Shown here: positions 50,639 through 60,441 of the stretch, one piece after another
How the letters are laid out: every line of letters begins with the position of its first letter
How positions within the stretch are numbered: the stretch's first letter is position 1
NCBI GenBank assembly: GCA_937888365.1
Contig: CALBFA010000041.1
Location: forward strand, 1,689 to 65,688
Direction: 5' to 3'
DNA: 64,000 nt
DNA from: an uncultured Fidelibacterota bacterium
Lineage (GTDB): Bacteria; Fidelibacterota; UBA8477; JABMPR01
The notes under the pieces: model-generated
The model's input: the letters and a program-made list of their open reading frames with translations, nothing else
The model's database searches: none
What the model was told of the DNA's origin: nothing
Program-made: the position numbers and the translations under genes

Positions 50639-51802
50639 TTGAAGAATATTAAAAATAAGAAGACAGGGTTATTCCCTGTTTTCTTATTTATAGGACTCTT
50701 CATTGTCTCATTTGCTCATGGATTTGAAACCCAAGGGTTATGGGTGGTTCGCGGTACACTCGCTTCAAAAGCAAATATTGACAATCTTATAAATTTTGCT
50801 CACGAAAATCATTATACAGATTTATTTGCGCAAGTTCGTGGAAGGGGAGACGCATACTATGCCAGTAATTTCGTTGTTTCGCCTCAAGGCCGCAATTTTC
50901 AAAATTTCGATCCACTTGCATATTTAATTATTGAAGCACATCGCAAAAACATAAAAGTCCATGCTTGGATCAATGCCTATTTAGTCTGGTCAAGACACGA
51001 GCTTCCCATAGATGAAAATCATTTAGCGAATAAGCATCAAGAATGGCTAGATGCAAATTTCTCTGGTAATAATGGAATTGATGAATTGAAAACTACGGGT
51101 AAAAATGGAAATGAGGGTCTGTATTTATCACCAACCCATCCTGAAGTAAATCAATATATTTTGGCTGTCGTTGATGAAATAATAAGCAAATATGATGTCG
51201 ATGGCATCCACTATGACTATATTAGATATCATGATAGCCAATATGGTTTTAGTCGCGGGGGGCGGAAATCATTTTTGCTTAAATATCAAGTTGATCCTTT
51301 ATCGCTTTTTCAAAATAGCGGCTCTTATTGGTTTAGGATGAGCGAAGAAGAATCTGGAAAAGTACAGGAAAAATGGAATAAGTTTCGCGAAAGCCAAATT
51401 ACGGATCTCGTTTTAATTACACGAAACATGCTTAAAAATAAGGCTCCTAAAGTGTTGCTTTCAGCAGCCGTTAAACCAAATATACATGTTGCGAAAACAA
51501 GGTATTTTCAAAATTGGCCATTGTGGCTCCAATATGATCTTTTAGATTTTGTCGTGCCTATGAATTATGCAAAAGAAACGCCTGATTTTGAAAACAACAT
51601 CTTTTTATATCAATCTGCTGGTATTGATTTTGACAAGATTTATATGGGTGTTGCAACCTATAATCAATCCAATTCTTCCGCCGCTGATAAAATTAGAGCG
51701 ACACGCAGAAGAGGATTTAAAAATATCGTCATCTTTTCCTATGACACACATTTAGACAAACCTCAATATTTTAAAAAGATTCATAAAGCATTTAAATATT
51801 AG
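50639..51802 (+). CDS. Glycoside-hydrolase-like family 10 (GHL10/DUF187, YngK-like) secreted protein
   Basis: TTG start 18 bp after rplQ, signal peptide, (beta/alpha)8-like pattern ...HAWINAY..., DGIHYDYIRY. Confidence 0.5.
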   Translation: MKNIKNKKTGLFPVFLFIGLFIVSFAHGFETQGLWVVRGTLASKANIDNLINFAHENHYTDLFAQVRGRGDAYYASNFVVSPQGRNFQNFDPLAYLIIEAHRKNIKVHAWINAYLVWSRHELPIDENHLANKHQEWLDANFSGNNGIDELKTTGKNGNEGLYLSPTHPEVNQYILAVVDEIISKYDVDGIHYDYIRYHDSQYGFSRGGRKSFLLKYQVDPLSLFQNSGSYWFRMSEEESGKVQEKWNKFRESQITDLVLITRNMLKNKAPKVLLSAAVKPNIHVAKTRYFQNWPLWLQYDLLDFVVPMNYAKETPDFENNIFLYQSAGIDFDKIYMGVATYNQSNSSAADKIRATRRRGFKNIVIFSYDTHLDKPQYFKKIHKAFKY

Positions 51803-51811
51803 GAGATTCCA

Positions 51812-53464
51812 ATGAGTCGTATCGTTAATCCACCAACAGGAACGAAACTACATTGCAAAGGCTGGCATCAAGAAGCCGCCTATCGTATGATTCAACATAA
51901 CCTGAGTCCCGACGTTGCTGAACATCCAGAAAACCTCATAGTGTATGGTGGCTATGGAAAAGCTGCGCGTAATTGGGATGCCTTTGATGCAATTTTAAAA
52001 ACTTTAGAAACGCTTGAGAATGACGAAACATTACTCATTCAATCGGGCAAACCCGTCGGTGTTTTTAAGACTCATCATTATGCACCAAGAGTATTGATTT
52101 CCAATACAATGCTCGTTCCGAATTGGGCTAATTGGGAACATTTCAATGAGCTTGACAAAAAAGGTCTCATGATGTATGGACAAATGACGGCGGGAAGCTG
52201 GATTTATATTGGCACTCAAGGAATATTGCAAGGGACTTACGAAACGTTAGCCTCCCTGGCAAAAATTCATTTTGATGGCTCACTCGTTGGCAAAATGGTC
52301 GTGACAACCGGTCTCGGAGGTATGGGCGGCGCTCAACCATTGGCCATAACTATGAACGGTGGTGTCGCAATTGTGATTGAAGTGGACAAAACTCGCATCC
52401 AAAAACGAATTGAAAAACGATATTTAGATAAAACTACGGATACATTATCAGAAGCAATGCAATGGGCAACTGAAGCCATTTCAATGAAAAAGAGCCTTAG
52501 CATTGGACTTCTTGGAAACGTCGCAGATATTCTGCCTGAAATGCTTAAACAGAATATTATTCCCGATGTTGTAACAGATCAAACATCTGCACATGATGAA
52601 TTGCGCGGCTATATTCCTCATGGTATCTCTTTCGAAGAAGCGAATATTTTACGTGATGAAAATCCTAAAAAATACATCGAAATGGCCTATGCTTCCATGG
52701 CTCGACACGTCCAGGCTATGTTGGACTTCCAAAAAGCGGGTTCGATTGTTTTTGACTATGGTAACAATATTAGAGCCCAAGCCGAAAAGGCAGGGATCAA
52801 GAATGCGTTTGATTTTCAAGGATTTGTCCCTGAATATATCCGCCCCCTTTTCTGCGAAGGCAAAGGTCCTTTTCGCTGGGTTGCATTAAGCGGCGACCCC
52901 AACGATATCTACCGAACGGATGAATTAGTGAAAGAATTATTTCCTGAAGATAAATCCTTAATTCGTTGGATTGATATGGCGCATGATCAAGTTGAGTTCC
53001 AAGGACTACCTAGTAGGATTTGTTGGCTTGGATATGGCGATAGAGCAAAATTAGGACTCGCTATTAATAAACTGGTTCGTGATGGTGAAATTTCCGCGCC
53101 GATTGTCATAGGTCGAGACCATTTAGATTCAGGAAGTGTCGCATCACCTAACCGAGAAACAGAGGGCATGAAAGATGGCAGCGATGCCGTCGCGGATTGG
53201 CCTATACTAAACGCTTTGACGAATGCCGTAGGCGGCGCAAGTTGGGTCTCTGTGCATCATGGAGGCGGAGTTGGACTCGGTTACTCTATACACGCAGGCA
53301 TGGTCATTCTAGCCGACGGTAGCGAAGAAATGGACAAGCGTCTTGAAACAGTTTTGACTATCGACCCTGGAACGGGTGTGATGCGCCACGCCGATGCGGG
53401 TTATGATAGTGCGATTCAAGTCGCAAAGGAACGTGGCATTAAATTGCCCATGATTACTGAATAG
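51812..53464 (+). CDS. hutU: Urocanate hydratase
   Basis: 550 aa, characteristic N-terminus and NAD-binding GGMGGAQ region. Confidence 0.9.
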   Translation: MSRIVNPPTGTKLHCKGWHQEAAYRMIQHNLSPDVAEHPENLIVYGGYGKAARNWDAFDAILKTLETLENDETLLIQSGKPVGVFKTHHYAPRVLISNTMLVPNWANWEHFNELDKKGLMMYGQMTAGSWIYIGTQGILQGTYETLASLAKIHFDGSLVGKMVVTTGLGGMGGAQPLAITMNGGVAIVIEVDKTRIQKRIEKRYLDKTTDTLSEAMQWATEAISMKKSLSIGLLGNVADILPEMLKQNIIPDVVTDQTSAHDELRGYIPHGISFEEANILRDENPKKYIEMAYASMARHVQAMLDFQKAGSIVFDYGNNIRAQAEKAGIKNAFDFQGFVPEYIRPLFCEGKGPFRWVALSGDPNDIYRTDELVKELFPEDKSLIRWIDMAHDQVEFQGLPSRICWLGYGDRAKLGLAINKLVRDGEISAPIVIGRDHLDSGSVASPNRETEGMKDGSDAVADWPILNALTNAVGGASWVSVHHGGGVGLGYSIHAGMVILADGSEEMDKRLETVLTIDPGTGVMRHADAGYDSAIQVAKERGIKLPMITE

Positions 53465-54664
53465 ATGTCATTACAAGGACTCACAAATTTAGGTGAATGG
53501 ATCGCATGGAATCCTCTTTTAAAAAAAATGGAAGTCCATCATGGTGGTAGTATTATTTTTGAAAAGGGAATCGTTTCAGAGGTCTCTAAGAAACACTACG
53601 AGAGTACTCATTTTTTAGATGTCCAAGGACGCTTTGTTTCACCTGGATTCGTTGACTCCCATACACATCCTGCTTTTGCAGAGACGCGAGAGCTGGAATT
53701 TGAACTCCGGTCTCAAGGGAAAAGCTATCAAGAAATTGCAGCTGCAGGTGGCGGCATCCGTAACTCTGTCCGAAAATTAAGAAATTATCCAGAAGATCAA
53801 CTTGTTGATTGTATTTCTTCGAGATTTACACAATTTTTAGCCCACGGAACAACAACTCTCGAATGTAAAAGCGGTTATGGGCTTTCGACAGAAAGTGAAT
53901 TAAAATCACTGCGAGCCATTCAAAAAGCATCGAATCAATCACCGATTCAAACGAAATCCACATTTCTTGGCGCTCATGAAATACCTGATGAATATCGAGA
54001 TAATCGCGAAAAATATATTGACCTTTTAATCCATGAAATGTTACCGCTAGTCAAGGAGCAAAACCTAGCCGAATTTTGCGATGTGTTTTGTGAAGACGGC
54101 GTATATACGACATCCGAGACACAACAAATATTTGTTGCCGCTAAAACATTAGGCTTTAAACTTAAACTGCATGCTGATGAATTTGCCAGCACAGGTGGCG
54201 CAGAATTAGCCGTGGAAATGGGTGCGCTTTCCGCCGATCATTTAATGGCGATTTCGGATAGGGGTATTCAAAAATTATCGGGGAGCGATACCGTCGCCAC
54301 TTTATTGCCTGGAACGACCCTTTTCTTAGGGACACATACCTATGCACCTGCCCGTAAACTGCTGGATAATAAGGTTCATGTCGCTTTGGCTACTGATTAT
54401 AATCCTGGTAGCAGCATGATTTTATCGATGCCCATGATTCTTTCTTTAGCCGTCATTTATCTACACATGAAACCCCTAGAAGCGTTCCAGTCTTCGACAA
54501 TTGAAGGCGCTCGAGCATTAGGCATCTCTGACAAAACGGGCACAATTTATCCAAACTTTGGAGCCGATTGTGTCGTATGGAATGCAAAGAATCATCGTCA
54601 AATTCCTTATCATATCGCTCAAAATTTAGTCAAACATACCATTGTCAAAGGCACTATCGTTTAG
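53465..54664 (+). CDS. hutI: Imidazolonepropionase
   Basis: 399 aa amidohydrolase, GFVDSHTHP metal motif. Confidence 0.85.
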   Translation: MSLQGLTNLGEWIAWNPLLKKMEVHHGGSIIFEKGIVSEVSKKHYESTHFLDVQGRFVSPGFVDSHTHPAFAETRELEFELRSQGKSYQEIAAAGGGIRNSVRKLRNYPEDQLVDCISSRFTQFLAHGTTTLECKSGYGLSTESELKSLRAIQKASNQSPIQTKSTFLGAHEIPDEYRDNREKYIDLLIHEMLPLVKEQNLAEFCDVFCEDGVYTTSETQQIFVAAKTLGFKLKLHADEFASTGGAELAVEMGALSADHLMAISDRGIQKLSGSDTVATLLPGTTLFLGTHTYAPARKLLDNKVHVALATDYNPGSSMILSMPMILSLAVIYLHMKPLEAFQSSTIEGARALGISDKTGTIYPNFGADCVVWNAKNHRQIPYHIAQNLVKHTIVKGTIV

Positions 54665-54666
54665 AT

Positions 54667-55404
54667 ATGAAAAAACTATTTATAATAATTTATTTGATGT
54701 CTTTTGCGTGGGCTCAAGCTCAAGCTCAAGTCACTCTCCATTTTGAACATCGCAATCCTTCTGTCGTTTCGGACACTTTGAAATTGTCATTAATGATGGA
54801 AAATAGCGTTGATGTCCGAGGTCTAGAGCTCAATATTTTACCGTTTGGATCTGATATTTCTTATTTAAATATGGCTTTGACGCCTCGCTCCAACATGTTT
54901 TCTCTTATCGATACTTTGTATTCGAATGGCCAATTGCGCATGATTATGACAAGTTTAGCCGGACTTGATATCCTTACAGGGACTGGCGAAATAGCCCATT
55001 TAAATTTTCTTATAAATAATTCTAATCAAACATGCACACCATTACAATTCGGATTTGTCATGGCTTCTGGTCCCGGGACGACGACTTTTAATGTCGATGC
55101 CATTGATTTTTGTGCTGATTTAACCAATATCTCATCTCCCAAATTTACGTTGGATACATTTCAATTATCGTGCTTCCCAAACCCCTTCAACAATACTTTG
55201 AATATATCGTGGATGCCTTCTACGCATGCAACTTCGATCGCTATATTCAACATTCGAGGTGAGGGCGTGTTGAGTCTTCCAGCACTTTCAATGAAGCAGA
55301 ATTCATACAGATGGGAAACTCAAAATATGCCATCAGGTATATATATGGTTCAAATAACGAATTCTATAAAAAGTCAATATCAGCGCGTTTTGCTGCTGCA
55401 ATAA
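54667..55404 (+). CDS. Secreted protein with cohesin-like region and T9SS C-terminal sorting domain
   Basis: Start trimmed to MKKLFIIIYLMSFAWAQAQAQ (signal peptide); C-terminal ...CFPNPFNNTLNISW...SGIYMVQI... T9SS CTD pattern. Confidence 0.55.
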   Translation: MKKLFIIIYLMSFAWAQAQAQVTLHFEHRNPSVVSDTLKLSLMMENSVDVRGLELNILPFGSDISYLNMALTPRSNMFSLIDTLYSNGQLRMIMTSLAGLDILTGTGEIAHLNFLINNSNQTCTPLQFGFVMASGPGTTTFNVDAIDFCADLTNISSPKFTLDTFQLSCFPNPFNNTLNISWMPSTHATSIAIFNIRGEGVLSLPALSMKQNSYRWETQNMPSGIYMVQITNSIKSQYQRVLLLQ

Positions 55405-55426
55405 TTCAAAATAAACGGAGACTTCT

Positions 55427-56128
55427 ATGTTTAGGAATACTTTCTTTGTCCTTATTGTATCCATTCTATTATTTGGATGTTTACCAAGTTTGGGACCCAA
55501 TTTAAAACCGGGAATTGAGCTATCAAATAGGGGGAAAAAGAAATCAGCCTTGACATATTATGAGTCTCAACTCGTTCAATATCCAAGCGATAAACAATTA
55601 TTTTCTTACTTAACGACGACTAGCCTTGAAGCACATGATGTTGAAAAGGCGAAAGGTTATTTTAGGCAAGCCATTGAATTAGGTGTTGCGGAAAACGAGC
55701 TATCGGAAATGTGCCTCAATATTTCCTTAAAAAAATTGGATTACGCTATGGGAAAAGACAATTGGGACGAAGCCAAAATGTGGTCTATCTATCTAAATCG
55801 CGAATTCGAAGACAGCAACGAATCCAAATATGCAACAATCATGATGACGGCGTATGGCGAAATGAATAAAGGGGGTCATAAACAATTATGGGAGTCAATC
55901 GCCGATTTTGCTAAAGCAAGTGCGTATTCTAAAAATTCGGGAATACCGTATTATATGATGGCTAAAGCACGATTAAAATTATCCAAAACGGATTTGGAAC
56001 CAGCCATTTTGGATATGACCAAAGCAAAAACTATTGAGCCCAATGGTGCATTTATAAAAGATTTAAACGCTGATTTAAAATTAGTAAACGAGCGTAAAAA
56101 GAAAATGGAAGCTTTTTGGGGCAAATAA
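55427..56128 (+). CDS. Hypothetical lipoprotein with TPR-like helices
   Basis: Lipobox LLFGC, helical repeats. Confidence 0.4.
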   Translation: MFRNTFFVLIVSILLFGCLPSLGPNLKPGIELSNRGKKKSALTYYESQLVQYPSDKQLFSYLTTTSLEAHDVEKAKGYFRQAIELGVAENELSEMCLNISLKKLDYAMGKDNWDEAKMWSIYLNREFEDSNESKYATIMMTAYGEMNKGGHKQLWESIADFAKASAYSKNSGIPYYMMAKARLKLSKTDLEPAILDMTKAKTIEPNGAFIKDLNADLKLVNERKKKMEAFWGK

Positions 56129-56197
56129 TTTCAAAAAGTTTTCAACCATAAGGTGCGTTTATACCCATATCGCTAGTCCTTAATAACAGTAAAAAAC

Positions 56198-56854
56198 TTA
56201 TTTTTTCCGCTTAAAGACGATTGCTTTCTCAAATTTGTTTTCGGTTCCATTTTTAATTTTGGTAATATTGGACCGATGTGTAAAAACAATAAAGACAGCG
56301 ATTAATATTGAAAATATTTTTAAAGTTGAGGACGTGTTCATATCCTTGCTAAATGCATCAATTAAAAAAACGACAATCGGTAGCGTCGTAGCAGCGAGCA
56401 TAGATCCAAGGGACACGATGCCAGACGACATCAGCGTAAGAATGAATACGACAATACAAATGGGGAGTGCAATTGGAAACAAAGCGATAAGCATTCCTGC
56501 GGCTGTTGCAACACCTTTGCCGCCTTTAAAACCCGCAAAGATTGTATAAGTATGACCAAGAACCGCCGAAAATCCTGCAACAATCATAAGTATGTCAAGG
56601 TGATCGGAAAGTAACATCCCTTCAAATTTATAAATGCTAATGAGATAAGTTGGAAGCCAACCTTTAAAAATATCAACGATGGTAACGAAAAGGGCAGGTT
56701 TCCATCCGAAGGTTCTAAAAATATTCGTTGCTCCGGCATTACCTGAGCCATGGTCTCTTACATCTGTTTTATAAATGAGTTTTGAAACAATGATAGCTGT
56801 CGGGAATGAACCAATGACATAGCTTGTAAATATCATAAGTATTAATGGAAACAT
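56198..56854 (-). CDS. plsY: Glycerol-3-phosphate acyltransferase PlsY
   Basis: GSGNAGATN motif; start trimmed to MFPLILMIF... (Met at 56854). Confidence 0.8.
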   Translation of the reverse strand: MFPLILMIFTSYVIGSFPTAIIVSKLIYKTDVRDHGSGNAGATNIFRTFGWKPALFVTIVDIFKGWLPTYLISIYKFEGMLLSDHLDILMIVAGFSAVLGHTYTIFAGFKGGKGVATAAGMLIALFPIALPICIVVFILTLMSSGIVSLGSMLAATTLPIVVFLIDAFSKDMNTSSTLKIFSILIAVFIVFTHRSNITKIKNGTENKFEKAIVFKRKK

Positions 56855-57112
56855 GGGATTATACCTTTCGTAATGGTGAATCAATTATTTCATGCATGCG
56901 AATGTAAAATGGAAGATAAAATGATGAAGTCAACTAAGAAATTGATGTGAATTATCCCTTAGATTATTTTAATAAATTATTAAAAAAGAGTTGTGTGAAT
57001 AGAACATTTCCATATTTTTCCCCCGTTCGTAAATACTTCGAACGATGTTTTTTCAAAGACAATTTCCCGTAGAATCGGGATGAACAATATGAGCAATTAA
57101 ATTGGAGGACTT

Positions 57113-57397
57113 ATGTCTTTAAAGATTACTGATGAATGTATTAATTGCGGCGCTTGCGAACCAGAATGCCCAAATACAGCTATTTATGAAGAAGGTGCAG
57201 AATATGAACTTAATGGAGCTTCCTTTGATGCTCTTTCTGATGATTACTATTATATCGTTGCAGCTAAATGTACCGAATGTAAAGGTCATTTCGAAGAATC
57301 ACAATGTGTGGAAGTTTGTCCAGTTGACTGTATCGTTGTTGGTGAAGAAGAAGATGACGCCACATTAATGGCTCGCTACGAATCACTAAAAGTATAA
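57113..57397 (+). CDS. 4Fe-4S dicluster ferredoxin (YfhL-like)
   Basis: 94 aa, CxxCxxCxxxCP and CxxCxxxxxxCxxxCP motifs, GGAGG upstream. Confidence 0.8.
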   Translation: MSLKITDECINCGACEPECPNTAIYEEGAEYELNGASFDALSDDYYYIVAAKCTECKGHFEESQCVEVCPVDCIVVGEEEDDATLMARYESLKV

Positions 57398-57506
57398 AAC
57401 CAACTTATTACAATTTAAAAGCTCGGTTTTCCGGGCTTTTTTTGTATCAAATTTTCTAGAAATAATATTTAGTCAAGTAATATGGGAAATGAATTTATAA
57501 TACATT

Positions 57507-58748
57507 TCAAGGCGAAACACTTTGCATAATTATTCCACAAATCCATGCACCATACGTGCCAACAGCATATCCAAAGACTGCAAGTAAAACTCCCACAGAC
57601 GCGAGAGATGGATGGAACGCTGAGGCAACAATAGGAGCCGAAGCTGCACCACCAATATTGGCTTGGCTTCCAACTGCGAGGAAAAAGAAGGGTGCCTTAA
57701 TTAATTTTGCGACAATTATGAGTAGAACCGCATGAATACTTATCCAAATAAGTCCAACAATAAATAATCCGGGGAAATCAAAAATAGCGAGGAGATCCAT
57801 TTTCATGCCGATTGTGGCGACGAGTATATATAGAAATAGGCTCCCAAATTTTGATGCACCGACACGCTCTAAATGTCGTAATTTGGTAAATGATAAAATT
57901 AGTGCGATGGTTGTTGAAATGACAATTAACCAGAAGAATCCTGATGTTAAGCTAAATCGTGATAAATAAGGTGCGTTGGCCTGAATGAATGGCGCGATAA
58001 AGTCGGCACTCAAATGAGCAAAAGCCGTCACACCAAAACCAACACCCATTATGGTAAATAAATCAACCAAATCTGGTATTTTTGCATTTTCTTGCTGATA
58101 TTTTTCCATTTTCTCTTGCAATGATGTTATTGAAGACGTGTCGCTTTTAAGCCATCTATCGATTCGTGTATGAATCCCTGCACCATAAAGTAGAAAGGCC
58201 ATCCAAATATTTGCGACAACAACATCGACGGTAATCATTGCTGAGAAAAGTTTGTCATTTACTTCAAAGACTTCCTTCATAGCTGCCTGATTAGCGCCTC
58301 CGCCTATCCAACTGCCTGCAACCGTCGTTAAGCCGCGCCAAACAGCTTCTGACCCCACACCACCGACGGTTTCTGGTGAAAATTGCGACACTATTAAAAT
58401 AGCGATTGGTCCCCCAATGATGACACCAATCGTTCCCATAAGAAATAATATTAAAGCTTTTGATCCGAGTTTGAGAATTTCCTTTAGATCAATGCTTATA
58501 GTCAATAGAACGAGACTTGTAGGAAGAAGGTATCGTGAAGCCACAAAATAAAGTTTTGAGTCATCACCGGAAATAATACCAAGGGAATTAAAGAATGAAG
58601 GGATGAAATATGCGAGCAGAAGTGCGGGGACAAATGAATAGAACTTTGACCAAAATGGGTTTGAGCTTTTACTTGTCCTGAAAATAAATACGAGAATTCC
58701 GAGAAGAATGCCAAATACAATGGCATCGTTTGTGATAAGAGCATTCAT
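57507..58748 (-). CDS. DUF819 family membrane protein
   Basis: 413 aa polytopic membrane protein with DUF819-like N-terminus. Confidence 0.55.
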   Translation of the reverse strand: MNALITNDAIVFGILLGILVFIFRTSKSSNPFWSKFYSFVPALLLAYFIPSFFNSLGIISGDDSKLYFVASRYLLPTSLVLLTISIDLKEILKLGSKALILFLMGTIGVIIGGPIAILIVSQFSPETVGGVGSEAVWRGLTTVAGSWIGGGANQAAMKEVFEVNDKLFSAMITVDVVVANIWMAFLLYGAGIHTRIDRWLKSDTSSITSLQEKMEKYQQENAKIPDLVDLFTIMGVGFGVTAFAHLSADFIAPFIQANAPYLSRFSLTSGFFWLIVISTTIALILSFTKLRHLERVGASKFGSLFLYILVATIGMKMDLLAIFDFPGLFIVGLIWISIHAVLLIIVAKLIKAPFFFLAVGSQANIGGAASAPIVASAFHPSLASVGVLLAVFGYAVGTYGAWICGIIMQSVSP

Positions 58749-58958
58749 AAAGTATTTCCTTATTTTGATGCTAAGCTATCCCTTAGCGGCGTGAATATAG
58801 GATGTATAGTGAGTGGGGGAATGAGAAATTGTTTGATTCTCCAATTGAATCTATTGTAAAGAATAATGACTACATTATTAAGATCGAATGTTCTATTTAA
58901 AATATAAAGATATGGATTGTTATTTGCAGTATTAAATTTGCGCTAAAAGGGGGGTGTT

Positions 58959-59630
58959 ATGAAAAAAAATATTTATATCCTTGGGTTGATTGTATTAATT
59001 GTAGGTTGTGCATCATTTAGGACAGACATCGAGGGAGCGAGTGGGCTTGAGACCCAAAAAAACGTGGGTGCTGATCCAGTGGATGTCTTATTTATTGCCA
59101 AACACCTGGAACAGACACGAGGTTTGGATGCGATTCCGAAATTACAAAATCGATATGATATACTACAAGGTTTTGATGATATTCTTCTCGATGCGACCTC
59201 AGAGTTTTCAAACCTACGTCGCTTTGCTTCTTATACTGAATTCTCGTCTGATTTAAGCGACCCAAAACGGATTGCCTTAAAAGATTCGCTGATGTCACAG
59301 TATAAAATCCGTATATCCATGGAGTTTCGTAAGGAGAAATCCTTTAGTAAATATTTCTTAGGAACGCTAGGATCCGTCTTTTCATTAACGTTAGCACCGA
59401 TTCCTTATACGCAAGAATACTATTTAAAAGTTGATGTTTATGATGCAAATGGACGATATCAAAAATCATATGATAGAAGCGCAAAAACGACGAAATGGGT
59501 GGAAGCGTTTCTTTTACCCATTTATCCATTCCATACAGAGAAGCGAAAAACCGAAGAAATCTATGTCGCATTTTTGCATGACGTCTTTCGGCAAATTGAA
59601 TCGGATAGGATTTTGAACATGGGTGAATAA
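58959..59630 (+). CDS. Hypothetical lipoprotein
   Basis: Signal peptide with lipobox IVGC. Confidence 0.4.
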   Translation: MKKNIYILGLIVLIVGCASFRTDIEGASGLETQKNVGADPVDVLFIAKHLEQTRGLDAIPKLQNRYDILQGFDDILLDATSEFSNLRRFASYTEFSSDLSDPKRIALKDSLMSQYKIRISMEFRKEKSFSKYFLGTLGSVFSLTLAPIPYTQEYYLKVDVYDANGRYQKSYDRSAKTTKWVEAFLLPIYPFHTEKRKTEEIYVAFLHDVFRQIESDRILNMGE

Positions 59631-59633
59631 AAA

Positions 59634-59668
59634 AAGCCCCTGATTTCTCAAGGGCTTTGCGGGACCGA
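59634..59668. repeat. Direct repeat copy 1: duplicated 3' end of tRNA-Asp plus its terminator
   Basis: Identical to 59966-60004 except one T in the T-run. Confidence 0.8.
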
Positions 59669-59693
59669 TCCCGACGCGTGGGTCGGGACGACC
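59669..59693. repeat. Palindromic motif TCCCGACGCGTGGGTCGGGACG (copy 2 of 2) at inner edge of the GIY-YIG cassette
   Basis: Near-identical to 4131-4157. Confidence 0.5.
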
Positions 59694-59710
59694 TCCACCG
59701 TAAATTAAAA

Positions 59711-59959
59711 TCAATTGTCAAATTGTTGAATGAGATTTAAGAGAAGTTCTCGACGCCATTTTTTTAGCTGTTTTTCCCGAATCATCGCATCGCCTCTATT
59801 TCCAAATATTTCGGTATATACTAAAACCCAAGGTCCTTTATGCTTGGTATAAGGATTATCCCCTGCGTTGTGTCTTTCGATTCGCTTTTCTAAATCAGAT
59901 GTTTGTCCGATATAGAAACGGTCTTCAGAATTTTGTAGAATAGATAAAGTATATGTCAT
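59711..59959 (-). CDS. GIY-YIG nuclease-domain protein (small UPF0213-type)
   Basis: 82 aa after trimming to MTYTLSIL...; FYIGQTSDLEKRIERHN... is the GIY-YIG core. Confidence 0.7.
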   Translation of the reverse strand: MTYTLSILQNSEDRFYIGQTSDLEKRIERHNAGDNPYTKHKGPWVLVYTEIFGNRGDAMIREKQLKKWRRELLLNLIQQFDN

Positions 59960-59965
59960 CAAATT

Positions 59966-59994
59966 AAAAAGCCCCTGATTTCTCAAGGGCTTTT
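59966..59994 (-). terminator. Rho-independent terminator of tRNA-Asp
   Basis: On minus strand AGCCCTTGA-GAAA-TCAGGGGCT followed by TTTTT. Confidence 0.6.
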
Positions 59995-60004
59995 GCGGGA
60001 CCGA
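59966..60004. repeat. Direct repeat copy 2: overlaps the last 9 nt of tRNA-Asp and its terminator
   Basis: See copy 1. Confidence 0.8.
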
Positions 60005-60069
60005 CGAGGCTCGAACTCGCGACCTCCAACGTGACAGGCTGGCGTTCTAACCAACTGAACTACGGACCC
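59996..60069 (-). tRNA. tRNA-Asp (anticodon GTC)
   Basis: Manual fold of the reverse complement; anticodon loop CTGTCAC, discriminator G73; one T-T mismatch at acceptor pair 4-69. Confidence 0.7.
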
Positions 60070-60084
60070 AATATTTCAAATATA

Positions 60085-60396
60085 TTACTTGCGTTTTTTA
60101 TACATAATGGCTGCAGGAATGATGCCTAAATAGGCGATCAATAACATAATTGGAGAAATCGTTAATGATTGTGTACTATTAAGTTCTCCTGTGGCCATGA
60201 CCACATATCCTACAACGATGACAAATAACCCTGCGATAAAGATAAAGACATTTTGCTTTTCAAAGGAGAGGCCCGAAAGCCAGTGGTCTGAATGCTTATT
60301 TACTTCTCTCTCCATCGCGACGGCAATGATAATTGACTTACAAATAAATGCAAATAAAATATTTAATATTTTAAAAATAAGTACACGCGTTGACAT
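60085..60396 (-). CDS. Hypothetical small membrane protein
   Basis: 103-aa ORF with 2-3 hydrophobic helices; true start uncertain. Confidence 0.3.
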   Translation of the reverse strand: MSTRVLIFKILNILFAFICKSIIIAVAMEREVNKHSDHWLSGLSFEKQNVFIFIAGLFVIVVGYVVMATGELNSTQSLTISPIMLLIAYLGIIPAAIMYKKRK

Positions 60397-60441
60397 GATA
60401 CGTATAAGCTCTATATTCGCCCAAAATGAAACCGACTACTC

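Noticed and set aside
54568-54666. Extension of the T9SS-CTD ORF into hutI
   Set aside because: Met at 54667 starts a classic signal peptide right after the hutI stop.
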